A stretch of DNA of 64,000 bases from Promethearchaeota archaeon (GTDB lineage: Archaea > Asgardarchaeota > Lokiarchaeia > Sigyniarchaeales > SOKP01). The notes beneath the pieces are model-generated. The model ran no database searches and was not told where the DNA came from. It worked only from the letters and a program-made list of their open reading frames with translations. Below, in pieces: positions 38,981-47,842 of the stretch. Each line of letters starts with the position of its first letter. Within the stretch, counting starts at the first letter, position 1. The stretch spans positions 134,192-198,191 of the forward strand of contig JAUWGH010000002.1 in assembly GCA_030606485.1 (NCBI GenBank). The letters run 5' to 3'. Both the position numbers and the translations under genes were made by a program.

Positions 38981-39967
38981 ATGGTAAATTTGATAAATTC
39001 TAAACATGGATTAATATTTGAAATTCAGAGAATGTCGACAGAGGATGGTCCGGGAATTAGGACAACAATATTTTTTAAAGGCTGCCCCTTAAAATGTGTA
39101 TGGTGTCATAATCCTGAAAGTATTTCAATGGATCCCCAACTTCAATGGTTTAAAAATAAATGTATTGGCTGTAATACATGTATTGAAACTTGTCAGCAAC
39201 AAGCCTTATCTTTTGATAAAGATGGATTAAAAATAGATCGAGATAAATGTATCTCGTGTGGAAATTGTGCCGATGAGTGTCCAAGTACTGCATTAAATAT
39301 GATTGGTAAAAAATGGGATCTATATGACTTATTTCATGAAATAGAGAAGGATAAAGTATATTATACTACATCCAAAGGAGGTATTACAGTTTCAGGAGGC
39401 GAGCCTACATTACAATCAAAATTTATAGAAGATTTTCTAAAGAAATGTAAAGAAAATAACATTAATACTGCCTTAGATACTTGTGGATATGCATCTAAGG
39501 AAATTTACCAAAAATTATTACCGTATGTAGATTTAGTCCTTTTTGATGTCAAAGAGATTAACCCCAGAAAACATAAGGAGTATACAGGCGTTTCTAATGA
39601 TAGAATTTTAGAAAATGCAATTTGGATTTTAAATTATATAGAAAAGCATAATAAAAAAATGTGGATAAGAACGCCTTTAATTCCGAATTTTACTACTACT
39701 GATGAAAATATCAAAGGAATAGGAAATTTCATTGTAAATGATTTAGGGAATAACATTGAACGTTGGGATCTTTTAGCCTTCAATTCTCTTTGCTCGGGAA
39801 AATATTCTAGATTGGGGATATCGTGGGTATTAAAGGATGAACCTTTATTAACTGATGAAAAAATGGAATATTTCTCTAAAATTGCTAAAGAAATCGGTGT
39901 TATTAATGTTCATTGGTCTGGATTAACTAGAAAAAGCGACTCAGAAGAATTAAAACCCAAAAAATAA
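38981..39967 (+). CDS. Glycyl-radical enzyme activating enzyme (radical SAM, with two auxiliary ferredoxin-type clusters)
   Basis: 328 aa. CPLKCVWCHNPE (CxxxCxxC), then CIGCNTCIETC and CISCGNCADECP, and the GGEP SAM-binding motif. Confidence 0.9.
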   Translation: MVNLINSKHGLIFEIQRMSTEDGPGIRTTIFFKGCPLKCVWCHNPESISMDPQLQWFKNKCIGCNTCIETCQQQALSFDKDGLKIDRDKCISCGNCADECPSTALNMIGKKWDLYDLFHEIEKDKVYYTTSKGGITVSGGEPTLQSKFIEDFLKKCKENNINTALDTCGYASKEIYQKLLPYVDLVLFDVKEINPRKHKEYTGVSNDRILENAIWILNYIEKHNKKMWIRTPLIPNFTTTDENIKGIGNFIVNDLGNNIERWDLLAFNSLCSGKYSRLGISWVLKDEPLLTDEKMEYFSKIAKEIGVINVHWSGLTRKSDSEELKPKK

Positions 39968-40166
39968 AAACATTATTTTCTGCTTTAATTGGATGTAAAT
40001 AGCTTTCTAACATTCATAATTTTTAATAGGAGGATTAGATAGATTGTTATACTCTAATTGTTTTTCTTCTTCTCCAATTTTTTATTTGAATATTAATAAA
40101 GATAGTATTCTTGTGAAATTATTTAATTTTAAACTTTATATGGATAATTGAAGATTCAAGAATCAG

Positions 40167-40802
40167 TTATGAATTGATTTTCTTTTTTAACTCAAAAAGA
40201 TTTTTTATGTTTAAATCAGCTATATGATTAATTTTTCCATTAGGATTAAAATAACAAGATTTAATATTAATTCTTCTTGCCGTTTGAATATCAATATCTC
40301 TATCACCAATCGAGAGTATATTTACTCTAGGAATTTTATATTTTTCAATCAGATAAAGAAATGATGTAGGATCCGGTTTTTTGGGAAGTTTATCCTCATT
40401 TGTTATTATATCATCAAAAAGATGTCTCATTTTGTAATAATTTAAAAGTTTAAATAACCCATTTTTCCCCCGATGAGACACAATAAAATTTTTTCCTCCT
40501 TTATTTTTAATGAATTTAAGGATTTCTATCGCACCAGAAAAAGGTGGTTCTTCACTTTCTTTAGTATTTGAATATTCACGAACAAATTCTTGTTGAAGTT
40601 TTTCTCTATCAATATTTAAATCTTTTGATATTTGATCAAAACAAAAATAAAGACTTACTTGACACAAATCTTTAATTTTATTAAAAATTAAATCTTTTTT
40701 ATAGATTCTCTTTATTAGTTTTACTATTATTGAGGCAATAGAGGGATATGTATTAAATAAAGTTCCATCAAAATCCCAAATAAGATATTCTATATTTTTC
40801 AT
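40167..40802 (-). CDS. HAD-superfamily phosphatase (phosphoglycolate phosphatase-like)
   Basis: 211 aa with motif I WDFDGTLFNT and motif IV GDRDIDI. Confidence 0.8.
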   Translation of the reverse strand: MKNIEYLIWDFDGTLFNTYPSIASIIVKLIKRIYKKDLIFNKIKDLCQVSLYFCFDQISKDLNIDREKLQQEFVREYSNTKESEEPPFSGAIEILKFIKNKGGKNFIVSHRGKNGLFKLLNYYKMRHLFDDIITNEDKLPKKPDPTSFLYLIEKYKIPRVNILSIGDRDIDIQTARRINIKSCYFNPNGKINHIADLNIKNLFELKKKINS

Positions 40803-40899
40803 TTCAATAAATATTCAGTTTGAATTGAAAATAAATATTTTTAACCTAGCTCATTATTAATATTATAAGTTTAAGGTCAGAAATAAAATGTGATTTTTT

Positions 40900-42024
40900 G
40901 TGGATAAAATAATCATAATCCGATGGGATACCCAACTAGGACCTCAGCCGATAATACAATATCCACCAGCAAAGGAAATGCCCAAGAAAGATTTGTTTGT
41001 AAAAATTTGGGCAAAGTATGAATTACAAAAAGAAAAATCTATCATCATACTTACAACAGAAGATGTAGATAAAAAAGATAAAAATTATCTGACAGTTACT
41101 CAACAATATGAAGGAGAATTATATTTTTTTATTCTCGAGTTTGAGAGATTACAAAAAGACCAAAACTTTGAAGATTATTCAGAGATATTAGGGTCTATTA
41201 GCAAAAATCTTATTGAATTAATTCATTCTGATAAATTTATGAGAGCACTATCCGAAGGATATAATCAAATTAAGGATTTTGTTAAATTAGAAAAAGAACA
41301 AAACATAATTAATATATTTAAAGATAAAATAAAAACTCATATTTTAAAAGTTCTTGAAAAGGGAGTAATTTCAAAAGCTGAACTAATAAATAAATTAAAG
41401 GAAAATTATGGTTTTTCTGGAGAAAATATTGATTTATTATTATCTTCATTTTTAAAGGAAGGATTAATTCTTAAAAAAGACTTACCTGGAATTAAAGAAT
41501 GCATATTTCTGGTTAAAGACTTAATATGTATAAGAATTCCACCAAATCTTACGACTTTAAATCTAGGTCATAAGAAAATAGCCGGAAAAAAACTTAAAGC
41601 AAGTTTTAAGAGATTCTATAAAGATTATGTTAAAAAATTAGAAGTCTTTTTCACTAATTTTGATATTATAAGTGAAAATAAAGATAATACGTTATATGCA
41701 CTTTTCTTTAATGAAAACATTTATAATCTGATAAAATCACTAAGAGAAACAAATATTCCAGTTGAAAAAGCGTTAATGATTTTAGAAGATAAACAAGAAT
41801 TATTTGATGATCTTTTGGATAAAACGATTATTCTTGAAAGAAAAGGTATGATATATCTATTTTCTGATATAAGGTTTGTTAGCTTCCTTCCAATTTTTAT
41901 TCTTAAAAATCTCAAGAAGCGTTTTGATAATTTGGAAATCACATCAGGTCAATATGTTAATCATGTTGAAATTCTTCTTAACGAATTAAATAAAGAAAAA
42001 AAAGAAATTTATACTATTATATGA
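40900..42024 (+). CDS. Hypothetical protein: N-terminal alpha/beta (longin/roadblock-like?) module plus two winged-helix-like units
   Basis: 374 aa, GTG start. The N-terminal IIIRWDTQLGPQPIIQYP...ELYFFILEF looks like a small mixed alpha/beta domain. ILKVLEKGVISKAELINKL...FLKEGLILKK and a second similar unit look like wH folds. No family recognised with certainty. Confidence 0.35.
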   Translation: MDKIIIIRWDTQLGPQPIIQYPPAKEMPKKDLFVKIWAKYELQKEKSIIILTTEDVDKKDKNYLTVTQQYEGELYFFILEFERLQKDQNFEDYSEILGSISKNLIELIHSDKFMRALSEGYNQIKDFVKLEKEQNIINIFKDKIKTHILKVLEKGVISKAELINKLKENYGFSGENIDLLLSSFLKEGLILKKDLPGIKECIFLVKDLICIRIPPNLTTLNLGHKKIAGKKLKASFKRFYKDYVKKLEVFFTNFDIISENKDNTLYALFFNENIYNLIKSLRETNIPVEKALMILEDKQELFDDLLDKTIILERKGMIYLFSDIRFVSFLPIFILKNLKKRFDNLEITSGQYVNHVEILLNELNKEKKEIYTII

Positions 42025-42042
42025 CTGAAAAATTTTAGTAAA

Positions 42043-42636
42043 TTATTGTGGTTTTGCTAATATCGCTTTTACTCGTAATGTATTAAACATGCTTGTGGGA
42101 GCAGGTCTAATTAAACAAACTGTATCTGCACCACGCCCTGTTCCTCCAATACAAACAATATCCTTATCTAAGTCTCTTATTAACCCAGCATCTACCGCCA
42201 TTGAGGCAATCTCCATGCAAACTTTTACACCTTGACTAAAGTTTTCACGTAGAAAATATGCCATCATTTCGACAAAACACCATTGATTCATTTTCATCCT
42301 TATATTTCGCTCTATTCCAGCCATAGCATGAGTTCCTGAAAAAATCTTTAAACCCTTTTTTCTTAATTCTTCCATTTTTAATTCATCAAATTCTTGAGGA
42401 ACTGATTTTCCACCTCTAACTACAAAATGATAAGTATGGGTTATTAAAACTAAATTATATTGAGTTGGATTAAAAATATCAAGAATTTTTTCCGCAGTTG
42501 TTCCGGTAGTACTTGCAAAAACTATATCCTTGATATTTAATAAATCAGCATTTTTTTTCGCAATTTCAAGAGCTTTCTCAGTGTTAGCTGGTCCAGGTTT
42601 TTCAAAAATTATTATTTCTATATTTAGATCCGGCAT
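42043..42636 (-). CDS. Stand-alone pyruvate-kinase C-terminal (alpha/beta) domain-like protein
   Basis: 197 aa. IVFASTTGTTAEK and CIGGTGRGADT patterns recall archaeal proteins annotated as pyruvate kinase alpha/beta domain proteins. Confidence 0.4.
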   Translation of the reverse strand: MPDLNIEIIIFEKPGPANTEKALEIAKKNADLLNIKDIVFASTTGTTAEKILDIFNPTQYNLVLITHTYHFVVRGGKSVPQEFDELKMEELRKKGLKIFSGTHAMAGIERNIRMKMNQWCFVEMMAYFLRENFSQGVKVCMEIASMAVDAGLIRDLDKDIVCIGGTGRGADTVCLIRPAPTSMFNTLRVKAILAKPQ

Positions 42637-42727
42637 TTTATAAAACCTTCTATGTTTAAATATGTTTTAAATTATGATATTTAATTATAAGAATAATGTT
42701 TATTAATTAAAATTATGTAAAATAGAT

Positions 42728-42934
42728 TTATTGATGTCGATTGTATAACTTTACACCAATAATGCCCATTATAATTAAGAGGGAATAAAGAAACAAGGGA
42801 AATACGTAAAATTCTTGAAGATAAAAATAAAAATAAGCAAGAATTGCTAAACTAAAGAATATAACAAATAAACATATTGCATAGAATATACGGTCTAAAA
42901 TTATTTCTTTTCTCGGTCCTTTTCTCAAATTCAA
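42728..42934 (-). CDS. Small two-TM membrane protein
   Basis: 68 aa, co-directional with the giant protease gene and 45 nt downstream of it. Confidence 0.35.
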   Translation of the reverse strand: MNLRKGPRKEIILDRIFYAICLFVIFFSLAILAYFYFYLQEFYVFPLFLYSLLIIMGIIGVKLYNRHQ

Positions 42935-42979
42935 TACTCCTTAAATTTTATTCTATTTCTCTGTATTTTGATGATATTT

Positions 42980-45900
42980 TTAATAATGTTCGCCAATATC
43001 TTCTCCAAATTTTTTTAAATCAGAAAGTAATAGTTCTATTCGCTTCCTATTACTTAGCAGCAGCCTTATTTTATCGATTTCCTTTATATCCGGCATCCCA
43101 AGACCTAATCTCATCTGTTTAAATAACGTATTTGCCTGATTTATATAGGTTCTTGCTTGATTTAATAGTTTACCTTCTAAAGGTGTTATTGAAAGGCGTC
43201 TCTTTAATTTTGTAAAATTGTAAAACCATAAAATTCCACCCATTAAAATAATCATACAGATGGCAATTACATCAAAAATATGAGGATATCTAGGATTGGG
43301 ATATTCATATTCTTCATATGGTGGCTTGGGATCTTGAGATATAACATTAAATTTGAATGTTAATGTTTCCGCAGCTAATTCTGGATGATCTAAAATTAAA
43401 ACAAAATAATAATCACCTGTTTTGTCATACCAACTAGTATCAAAATAGACCATGAAGTTTCCTGGCTGTGTTTCAAACATCGGAAGTATCGGTATTTCGA
43501 ATCCCATTAATGAAACATTGATCATCGTCCCGTCTTTATATACAAACCCTGAAATGAAGAATAAATCGTCATCTAAATACTCTTTTGTCTCATTATAATT
43601 CAGTAAACTTGCGGTTAAATATAATTTATCCCCAGTTTTAACTGTATTATTTACAACGGATAGATTAAAGTTATAATATTTATTAAATGCCCATTTGCCA
43701 ATATTCAATGCGAATTTACTGTTATCATAGCTCTCAAGCCCAGAAATTCCAAACATATCTTTATCTCCTATAGCTATAACCCTCCCTTTACCATATGTTG
43801 CTAATGCAATATAATCACATAATACATTGACATTCTCGGAATTTGTATTTAATTTTTCAATATTAACCGGATCTTGTAATTTAATAGTCCCTACATTATC
43901 AAAAATGCCATATAAATTGGTACGATCATTAGCAGTGATATATTTATTTCCTATACTATATCCTGAAGTAGTAAGATTAAAATTTGATAAGATCTCATTA
44001 ATTGCAGTAATATTATTTTCTGTATTGTTTTCAATAAAGAAAACTAATGTGCCACCGCTTTGAACCCATTCTATAATATCTTCAGTTTCATTTGATGTAT
44101 AATATGTCTCTGGATCATTTAATATAAGTACATCGAAGAGTTGTATTATATCATGATTAATATTGTTTGTAGTTATGACCTCATTTTCCAGGTAATATGC
44201 ACCCAAAACGCTGCCCAATAAATTTTCCGTACCAGAAATATCTGTGGACATTGATGAAAGATCTAAAGTTGTTAAATTATATTCAATACCTGGCAATAGC
44301 GTCATAATTGTTGCTCCTTTAGGTTCCAAATTACTCCATAACTCACGCAATCCATAAAAATTTCCATAGGGGTGATCATATCTCTCATCCCATTCAAAAT
44401 TTATATCAGTTCCGCTCATATACAATGTTATATCATTATGAACTACATCAAAAAGCGCTCTTCCGCGGTAGTCTGATATTGTAAAGCTCACATTTAAATC
44501 ATAAAATTTTATATCCTTAGAGAAGAAAGAAATATTAAATGATATAGTTCCTGGTCTCGTAATTGGAGGTGCCATAACAAATAATGGAATGGAAAAATAT
44601 GGATCAACAAGACTATAATTTAAAGTTGTGTTAAATGTCATATCAACTGTAAATGCTGGGTCTGTTTGATCATCATCTTTGCCTACGAACCCTGTTAAAA
44701 GATCTGACAATCCTTCGCTAAAATTTAGGAGGATAAAATTACAAAATTGTTTCCCAAAATCGTCTATAGTAACACATAAATCCGGAATCTCAGTTAACGA
44801 GTAAATCGTAATATTATAAATGCCAAGATCTCCGGGAAACCATATTTTGAAGGGGATTTGATCAATTTTTTCAGGTGATATGAATAATGAATTCAAATTC
44901 CAATTTTGATATTGAATATAATCAATAATGTATATGTTTCGAACTAAATAATTGTTAAAAAGATTTTCATCAGTATTAGATGCGAAAAGTCCCATAGCTG
45001 GTTCAATTAAACTAATAATTAGTTCCAAACCTAATATCCAGCCACAAGTATAGACCCCTACGCTTGTTGGCGTCCAATTAGCGTTAAATTCTAAAATATC
45101 AAATGGTTTAAGGTTTTCTATGAGAAAAATAACAGAAAACACTTCTAAAACATCTTCTTCAGTCGTTTTATTAATAGCAAAGATGACTTCAGTAGAATTA
45201 ACTAAAGTAGTTCCAATATTCATTATTTTTACAGAGGATTCATATCTTTCATTAAGTTTCCCAATTCTAGAAAAATCAACTTCAAGTACAATTAAGTCAG
45301 TTACATTATTATAAATTGTAATATTTGAATTTATTCTTCTCATTTGATCAATCATTGCATCATAAGCAGAATTATTATCTGTACCAATGCCTGTTCCGAG
45401 TATTGATGTAAAATTTACTTGTTCATTTGGTTGAAAACTTTCCGCTAAATTCCAAATCATTGCAAATCCAGGATCTTCTAAACCTTGCTGATATGTAGAA
45501 ACATTCGCTAAATTATATGAACCATCTTCTAAAGTTAAATCTAATAATAAATTAGTGCTATCTCTAATTTCCCAAGAACTCAAATTATGTGAGGTTGAAT
45601 TAAATCCGATGGCTGTGAAATTAGAAGTATAATTATAAAATGTATTATTATTTTCATCATAAATATAAATCAATTCATCATTTTCATCATATTCACAAAT
45701 ATCATCAAGAGATGCGGTATTAGACTCCATATAATTTGTCATGTTTCCAGCAGTTTCATTTAAAAATAAATCAACTTTAAAAAATGAGACCAGTTGTAAG
45801 TTATTAATTTGGGAAAAACCTAAATTGAAAAAGTGCAAGGTAAATTGAAATGCGTTTATTCGATTGGTATAATTTTTAAAAACATAAGTATCCTCTTCAT

Positions 45901-47842
45901 ATTCTGCTGAATAATCCCAAGATTCAACGATAGCTACTATATAGAGTTCAATATCTTCAACTTTTAAAATGCTTAAATATCTTTTATATTTTTCATAACC
46001 GACAGGTTCTAGCGTTATTTGATGCATTTCTCGGATAACATTAAATTCCGAGAACCAATTGGTTCTAGAGTTATCATATCTTAATCCAAATTGATTTAAG
46101 AGTAGATGTATTGTAGTAAAATTAAAATCAGAACCATTATTTATCATCAATATTGGAAGCATTATTTGGGAACTTAAAAGAGCTGAAATATCATACACAT
46201 GCAAATCTGAAGGCCGATTAGGTGAGTTTGTTAAACTCATTGAATCTTGAGAATATATAACTCCAGGATAAATTAATGGAGCAGGTAAATTCAAGACATT
46301 ATATTGTTTTGCTGTAAAATAATCAAGTAAAAAGTTATAAGCTGCATATATATTGATTAATCCGGCACCTACAGTATTCTTATCATTAGAAACTTGAATA
46401 GTTGTACTTACCAAAGCATATCTTAATAATTCAGGTGTTGCTAGTGGAAATACTTCTAATAATAAGGCTATAGCACCACTTACTACAGCTGCTGCCGCAC
46501 CTGTACTACTAGCCATTGTATAATTTTCATTAATTGTAGTTCCATATTCTGGTTCTGGAAATGTCCCTTCAGGGATATAAAAATTTTCATACCCAAAATC
46601 ATCAAGTGTATAACCTAGGATTGAAAAGTTTTCTAAAGAGCCAGAAAATATTTTTGCTCTTGGACCAATTAGGTTTACACCAGGTGCGAGAATATCAGGA
46701 CACATTCTAAAGTCTAAGGAGGGACCTCTACTACTAAAGTCTGCAGCGTTTTGGTTAGAGTGATTGTATGCACCAACTGTGATTGATTTTAATGCCATTC
46801 CAGGAGTATCTAAACTCATATAACTACTCCCCTCATCTCCAGCAGGCGTAACTACAATAATACCTTTATCTACAATATTATTAATGGCTATTGATACAGG
46901 ATCATCATAAAAACCAGGAATACTAGCACAAAACAATAAAATATCTGCCCCATGTGCTAAAGACCACTCTATTCCTGAAATAATAAAAGACCAATAAGTA
47001 ATACCAATCGAATCATAAATTTTTACATTTAAATATGATGCGCCTGGAGCAACTCCCTTATATGAAGAGTTATATTTTCCTATTCCACAGGCGATTCCTG
47101 CATGAAAAGTACCTCGCCCATTAAAATCAGAGTAATATAATGGTTCTTCTGGGACTAGGGAAACAGAACCGACCACCTTGGTCTTTAGAGTGGTATTATC
47201 TTCAGATGGGAAACCTAAGTCGCCATCATATTGACCAGTAATATCAACTCCGGTATCCAATACAGAAATTATAATATTGGATCCATTATAACCTAAATCC
47301 CATAAATCCGTAGCGCCAATGATCTCTGTAAAATTGCAAAATGAGTCAGAACTCCCACTATTTGCTTGTTTTATATAATTTTCAATATCTTGAGTTAATT
47401 CAATTTTCCCGTTTTCCCAAATTGAAATTACATTTGGATAATCTGCAATTTTTTTAAAATCAGATATAAAACATTCCAATAATATACCATCAATTATTGT
47501 ATATTTCTTTTTAATTCCATATTGGATTTGATTTCCTTTTAAATATATTTCAAAATCAGTTAAAACCGAATTTTTGCCACTTGAATAATCAAATAGAATT
47601 ATTACTTCAATTTTTTTATCATCTTCCAAGTTATTTTCAATTACATGAAAATATAATTCTTTCAATTTATCACTCAATTTTTCTATTGGATTTTTGAGAA
47701 GAATTGAGTTGTCTTCCTCTGCAAAAGCACTCAAATTTGCTGATTTTGAAAGCATTAGATTTGAAAGTAAAAATATCCAAAAAATAAATAACGTAAATAG
47801 ATTTATTTTATATTTTTTTTTAATTGACTTCCATCTCCCCAT
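42980..47842 (-). CDS. 1620-aa type-I membrane protein: signal/TM, I9-like propeptide, S8 subtilase domain, long beta-rich N-glycosylation-sequon-rich region, GldG/IFT52 (GIFT)-like module, TM, 77-aa cytoplasmic tail
   Basis: S8 triad context SVLDTGVD (D196), GTFHAG (H247), MASSTGAAAAVVSG (S446). GIFT/ThuA-like pattern DVLILNDPETYYTSNETEDIIEWVQSGGTLVFF...GKGRVIAIGDKDMF. TM at aa 1521-1543 (nt 43214-43282). Start overlaps the upstream ABC ATPase gene by 23 nt. Confidence 0.8.
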   Translation of the reverse strand: MGRWKSIKKKYKINLFTLFIFWIFLLSNLMLSKSANLSAFAEEDNSILLKNPIEKLSDKLKELYFHVIENNLEDDKKIEVIILFDYSSGKNSVLTDFEIYLKGNQIQYGIKKKYTIIDGILLECFISDFKKIADYPNVISIWENGKIELTQDIENYIKQANSGSSDSFCNFTEIIGATDLWDLGYNGSNIIISVLDTGVDITGQYDGDLGFPSEDNTTLKTKVVGSVSLVPEEPLYYSDFNGRGTFHAGIACGIGKYNSSYKGVAPGASYLNVKIYDSIGITYWSFIISGIEWSLAHGADILLFCASIPGFYDDPVSIAINNIVDKGIIVVTPAGDEGSSYMSLDTPGMALKSITVGAYNHSNQNAADFSSRGPSLDFRMCPDILAPGVNLIGPRAKIFSGSLENFSILGYTLDDFGYENFYIPEGTFPEPEYGTTINENYTMASSTGAAAAVVSGAIALLLEVFPLATPELLRYALVSTTIQVSNDKNTVGAGLINIYAAYNFLLDYFTAKQYNVLNLPAPLIYPGVIYSQDSMSLTNSPNRPSDLHVYDISALLSSQIMLPILMINNGSDFNFTTIHLLLNQFGLRYDNSRTNWFSEFNVIREMHQITLEPVGYEKYKRYLSILKVEDIELYIVAIVESWDYSAEYEEDTYVFKNYTNRINAFQFTLHFFNLGFSQINNLQLVSFFKVDLFLNETAGNMTNYMESNTASLDDICEYDENDELIYIYDENNNTFYNYTSNFTAIGFNSTSHNLSSWEIRDSTNLLLDLTLEDGSYNLANVSTYQQGLEDPGFAMIWNLAESFQPNEQVNFTSILGTGIGTDNNSAYDAMIDQMRRINSNITIYNNVTDLIVLEVDFSRIGKLNERYESSVKIMNIGTTLVNSTEVIFAINKTTEEDVLEVFSVIFLIENLKPFDILEFNANWTPTSVGVYTCGWILGLELIISLIEPAMGLFASNTDENLFNNYLVRNIYIIDYIQYQNWNLNSLFISPEKIDQIPFKIWFPGDLGIYNITIYSLTEIPDLCVTIDDFGKQFCNFILLNFSEGLSDLLTGFVGKDDDQTDPAFTVDMTFNTTLNYSLVDPYFSIPLFVMAPPITRPGTISFNISFFSKDIKFYDLNVSFTISDYRGRALFDVVHNDITLYMSGTDINFEWDERYDHPYGNFYGLRELWSNLEPKGATIMTLLPGIEYNLTTLDLSSMSTDISGTENLLGSVLGAYYLENEVITTNNINHDIIQLFDVLILNDPETYYTSNETEDIIEWVQSGGTLVFFIENNTENNITAINEILSNFNLTTSGYSIGNKYITANDRTNLYGIFDNVGTIKLQDPVNIEKLNTNSENVNVLCDYIALATYGKGRVIAIGDKDMFGISGLESYDNSKFALNIGKWAFNKYYNFNLSVVNNTVKTGDKLYLTASLLNYNETKEYLDDDLFFISGFVYKDGTMINVSLMGFEIPILPMFETQPGNFMVYFDTSWYDKTGDYYFVLILDHPELAAETLTFKFNVISQDPKPPYEEYEYPNPRYPHIFDVIAICMIILMGGILWFYNFTKLKRRLSITPLEGKLLNQARTYINQANTLFKQMRLGLGMPDIKEIDKIRLLLSNRKRIELLLSDLKKFGEDIGEHY

